A stretch of 64,000 nt of DNA from positions 3,472,001-3,536,000 of the forward strand of contig NW_027266279.1 in the NCBI RefSeq assembly GCF_022045235.1, written 5' to 3'. This document shows positions 61,020-64,000 of this stretch, in pieces. Position 1 is the stretch's first letter. Each line of letters opens with the position of its first letter. This DNA comes from Haliotis cracherodii (lineage: Eukaryota). A program made the translations under genes and the position numbers. The notes under the pieces are model-generated. The model ran no database searches. It saw only the letters and a program-made list of their open reading frames with translations, and was not told where the DNA came from.

Positions 61020-62616
61020 CTACCTGCAAACACACGAAGAAACGGCAAGCTGTGACTTAAAAGAAAGTTTTATCAACACAGTGAAGCTAACACTAACTTC
61101 ATTAACTACATCTGTATCATTCACATGAAGATGAGCCACTTGGAACCTTTGGCATGCTAATTGTGCCAAAAAGAAAATTTAGCTCCCTTTCTTTTCATGG
61201 AGATTGATAATAACCTCTTCAATTTCCAAATGGAACTATAGCGATTACAAGAACACACTAAAGTATTATTTTTTTATGTATTTTATTTTGTTTTGCAACG
61301 ATCTCAAAGTGTAAACACTTGCATTTTGTGATACTTGCAACTGCGCCCTGGTTTGAAAAGCCTATTGCAGAACAATACAGATAAAACCGTGCAGTGTTTA
61401 TGTCATAGTAAGCAATACTCCCGCTACATAACAAAAACCTGCAAATAATCAAATCGGGGTGGTTGTTGGGGAGGGTGGGCGATCGCGCGAGCGTTTAGCG
61501 AGGCAATATAACTCTACCGCTAAACAAATATCTGACGACATCTCATTATAGGCACGTCAGAATGACCTTTCATCCGACCAATCAGAGCCTCGCTAAGCAG
61601 ATCAGGAAAGTGACAGTTGGAATGTGGTTCTGATCATGCCACCTCGAAAATTCAACACAGGGTATTCCGAACGACAGTTATTGGCTGAACAGTTAAATAT
61701 GTCAAAACCATTGTCTATCTCTCATTTCAGTTGGATAAATATTTGAATGGGAATACTGCCATACAATCTAGGCCATCTATTAGACATTACAGAATGTTCT
61801 TTTGTTCATTTTTCAAATTTTGAATATTGTTAAAATATTTGTCAAAACGTAGTCTGGAATAGAAGTCCCACGTGTTATACAGGCGCCGTAAAGCACAGGA
61901 AAGCTACTTTCTGATTGGCCAGTGTCGTTCGCGTGAGGTCGCCCTGTAATGTCCTGTAATAAGATTTCCTCAGATCTTTGTTTGAATCAACTGAATTGAC
62001 TCGCCACTGAAATATTACTTCCCATATTCCAATGTAATTCAACAGTCTCCCCACCAGATCATCACTGCCTATATTCCAATGAGAATCAACAGACTTGTCT
62101 CCCCATTGGCGAATAACTGCCAAGCTCCTTCCCAGCCCGTGACACCGTTTCACTCTCGGTAACATCGCTGCTGTCAGTGTGGAAGTGAAATTAGCCCTCT
62201 GACCCCAAATGTTGTCACGCTTATATTTTTGTTTATGTCTTTGGAAATGCCATCATAGCGAATTTTGATAAGGTTTACGACTGACAAGATTTCCTGTTTT
62301 GTTTGTTGAATCTGAAAGTCACCCAACTTTACCCTTACGTTCTTACTCTACCAATTAAAATTACATGATAGTTGAAATAGAAATTCAAATTAACACAGTT
62401 TAGAGGGAGCGAGGAGCTTGCATGACTGCCTATATTCCAGTGTAAAACAACAGAGTTGTCTCCCCGTTGGAGTATTACAGCCTATATTCTAGCGTGAGTC
62501 TGCCCACCTGGAAGGCGGGCGCATGTTCCTCTTGGCATCCATCTGCCGCTCGACCTTGCGTTCCACACTGGCCAACTTCTGCTTGGAGCAGCCGGCCAAG
62601 ATGACAAACATCATAG
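61020..62616 (-). CDS. Probable 3' exons (62508-62616; 61023 downward) of a gene entering from beyond the window; hydrophobic stretch then basic tail
   Basis: TGCTTCCAG|..MMFVILAGCSKQKLASVERKVERQMDAKRNMRPPS AG|GTGGG, then a strong acceptor TGTTTGCAG at 61024. The reading frame is ambiguous. Confidence 0.4.
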
Positions 62617-62685
62617 CTGGAAGCACACGCGATGTCATCTTATACTCGGGCTGGAATACGTGTAATAATAACCTTCAGCGTCTCT

Positions 62686-63643
62686 TTGTTGTTTAACGCC
62701 GCACTCAGCAATATTCCAGCTATATGACGACGGTCTGCAAATAATCATGTCAGGACCAGACAATCCAATGATTGACATGAGCATCAATCCATGCGATTGG
62801 GATACGATGACATGCATCAACCCTGTCCACCCGATCCGTCATACGCCTGGATTCCATCATGTTAACACATTAAATACTGGCACAAGGTTTGGAAGTGATA
62901 TCCCATAATGTCTTGATAACTTTGGCCGAGAAACTACCTAAGACGCCGTAAGTCACTATCACCAAAGGAATAGACATATGCAGCTTATCCTTATTTCACA
63001 ACTGCCAACTATCTGGGTTTGTTTGTTTGTTGTTTAACGCCGCACTCGGCAATATTCCAGCTATATGACGGATGTCCGTAAATAATCGAGTCTGGACCAG
63101 ACAATCCAGTGATCGACATCTTGAGCATCGATACACGCAATTGGGATCGATGACATGCATCAAGAAGCCTGACCACCCGATTCCGTTAGTAGCCTTTTAC
63201 GACAAGCATTGTCGCCTTTTACAGCAAGCATGGGTTGCTGAAGAACTATTCTATCCCGGAATCTTCACGGGGAAGCTATCTGGGATTACGATTGGAAAGA
63301 AGTGACGTATTTCCGCCTTGCGCAGTTGCATTACTCCAGCATAGAAGTGACGACCACGTCGATTGAAAATCCAACCAAAACACTGAATCACATCGACAGT
63401 CATTTATTGTTACACCATACACAATACATACACAATTGTTTTTCAGCAACCCATGCTTGCCGTCAAAGGCGACTATGCTTGTAAGAGGCGACTAACTGGA
63501 TCGAGTGGTGCATGTAATCGTAGCCCAATTGCGTGGGTCGATGCTCATGACATCAATCACTGGATTGTCTGGTCCAGACTCGAATATTTACAGGGGGTGG
63601 TCATGCAGCTGTAATATTGCTGAATGCGGCGTTCAACAAACAA
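62686..63643. mobile_element. Cluster of three family A copies (62686-62838 -, 63019-63271 - with TSD CTATCTGGG, 63441-63643 +)
   Basis: Family consensus matches. Confidence 0.8.
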
Positions 63644-64000
63644 GCAACTTGCTGCAGACCGACTTGGGGAGAAACCCTCAACGAATGCAGCAAAACACTT
63701 GAGGTTTTACAGTTATGTAATATTGAATTAAAACTGTTCAAAGAAAAATGGGGAAAAGAAATGTATACATTTAATGTAATATTATAATGGCTCTTCAAAG
63801 AATCATTATGACGACGTCACGCTATTGTTCCAGTTGATTCTGACCCAGGAACATGACACATTTCACATCAACCGGAAGCAGAATCTGAAACATGATTAAA
63901 ACATGTTACAATGTTTATTGTTAAATTCATAAAAGTCAACATACAATCTTAAAATAAATAGAACAAGGGTGACAGCATTTCCTTTTTGCAACAGAATTAT

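Overview
This is AT-rich, intron-containing eukaryotic DNA. The SINE repertoire and gene types suggest a mollusc, probably a gastropod such as abalone (inference). (1) 1-18745 is a head-to-tail array of ~2.48-kb units, 8 copies in the window and continuing off the left edge. Each unit carries a complete two-exon minus-strand gene (TATA, signal-peptide exon, 212-nt phase-1 intron, AATAAA) for a secreted peptide made almost only of Gly, His and Lys (GGGGK repeats grading into GGGGH, ending HHG). Two copies have +1 frameshifts that move the signal peptide onto an Arg/Trp-rich frame. (2) A candidate two-exon gene for a small secreted Cys-motif protein (23854-27164) has a Tc1 transposon in its intron. 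(3) 48-bp and 44-bp minisatellites follow. (4) A multi-exon gene encodes a secreted coiled-coil + 2x fibronectin-type-III protein (33276-38492). (5) An intact three-exon secreted PAN/Apple-like + Cys-module + unknown-domain gene (41859-45564) lies next to its pseudogenised tandem duplicate (47865-51640). (6) The right end holds a ~0.7-kb-arm inverted repeat, an L1/Tx1 3' fragment and probable 3' exons of a gene entering from beyond the window. Four SINE-like families are scattered throughout. One has no tRNA head and instead starts with a conserved, potentially pseudoknotted 5' sequence. No CRISPR array, rRNA or intact tRNA gene was seen.
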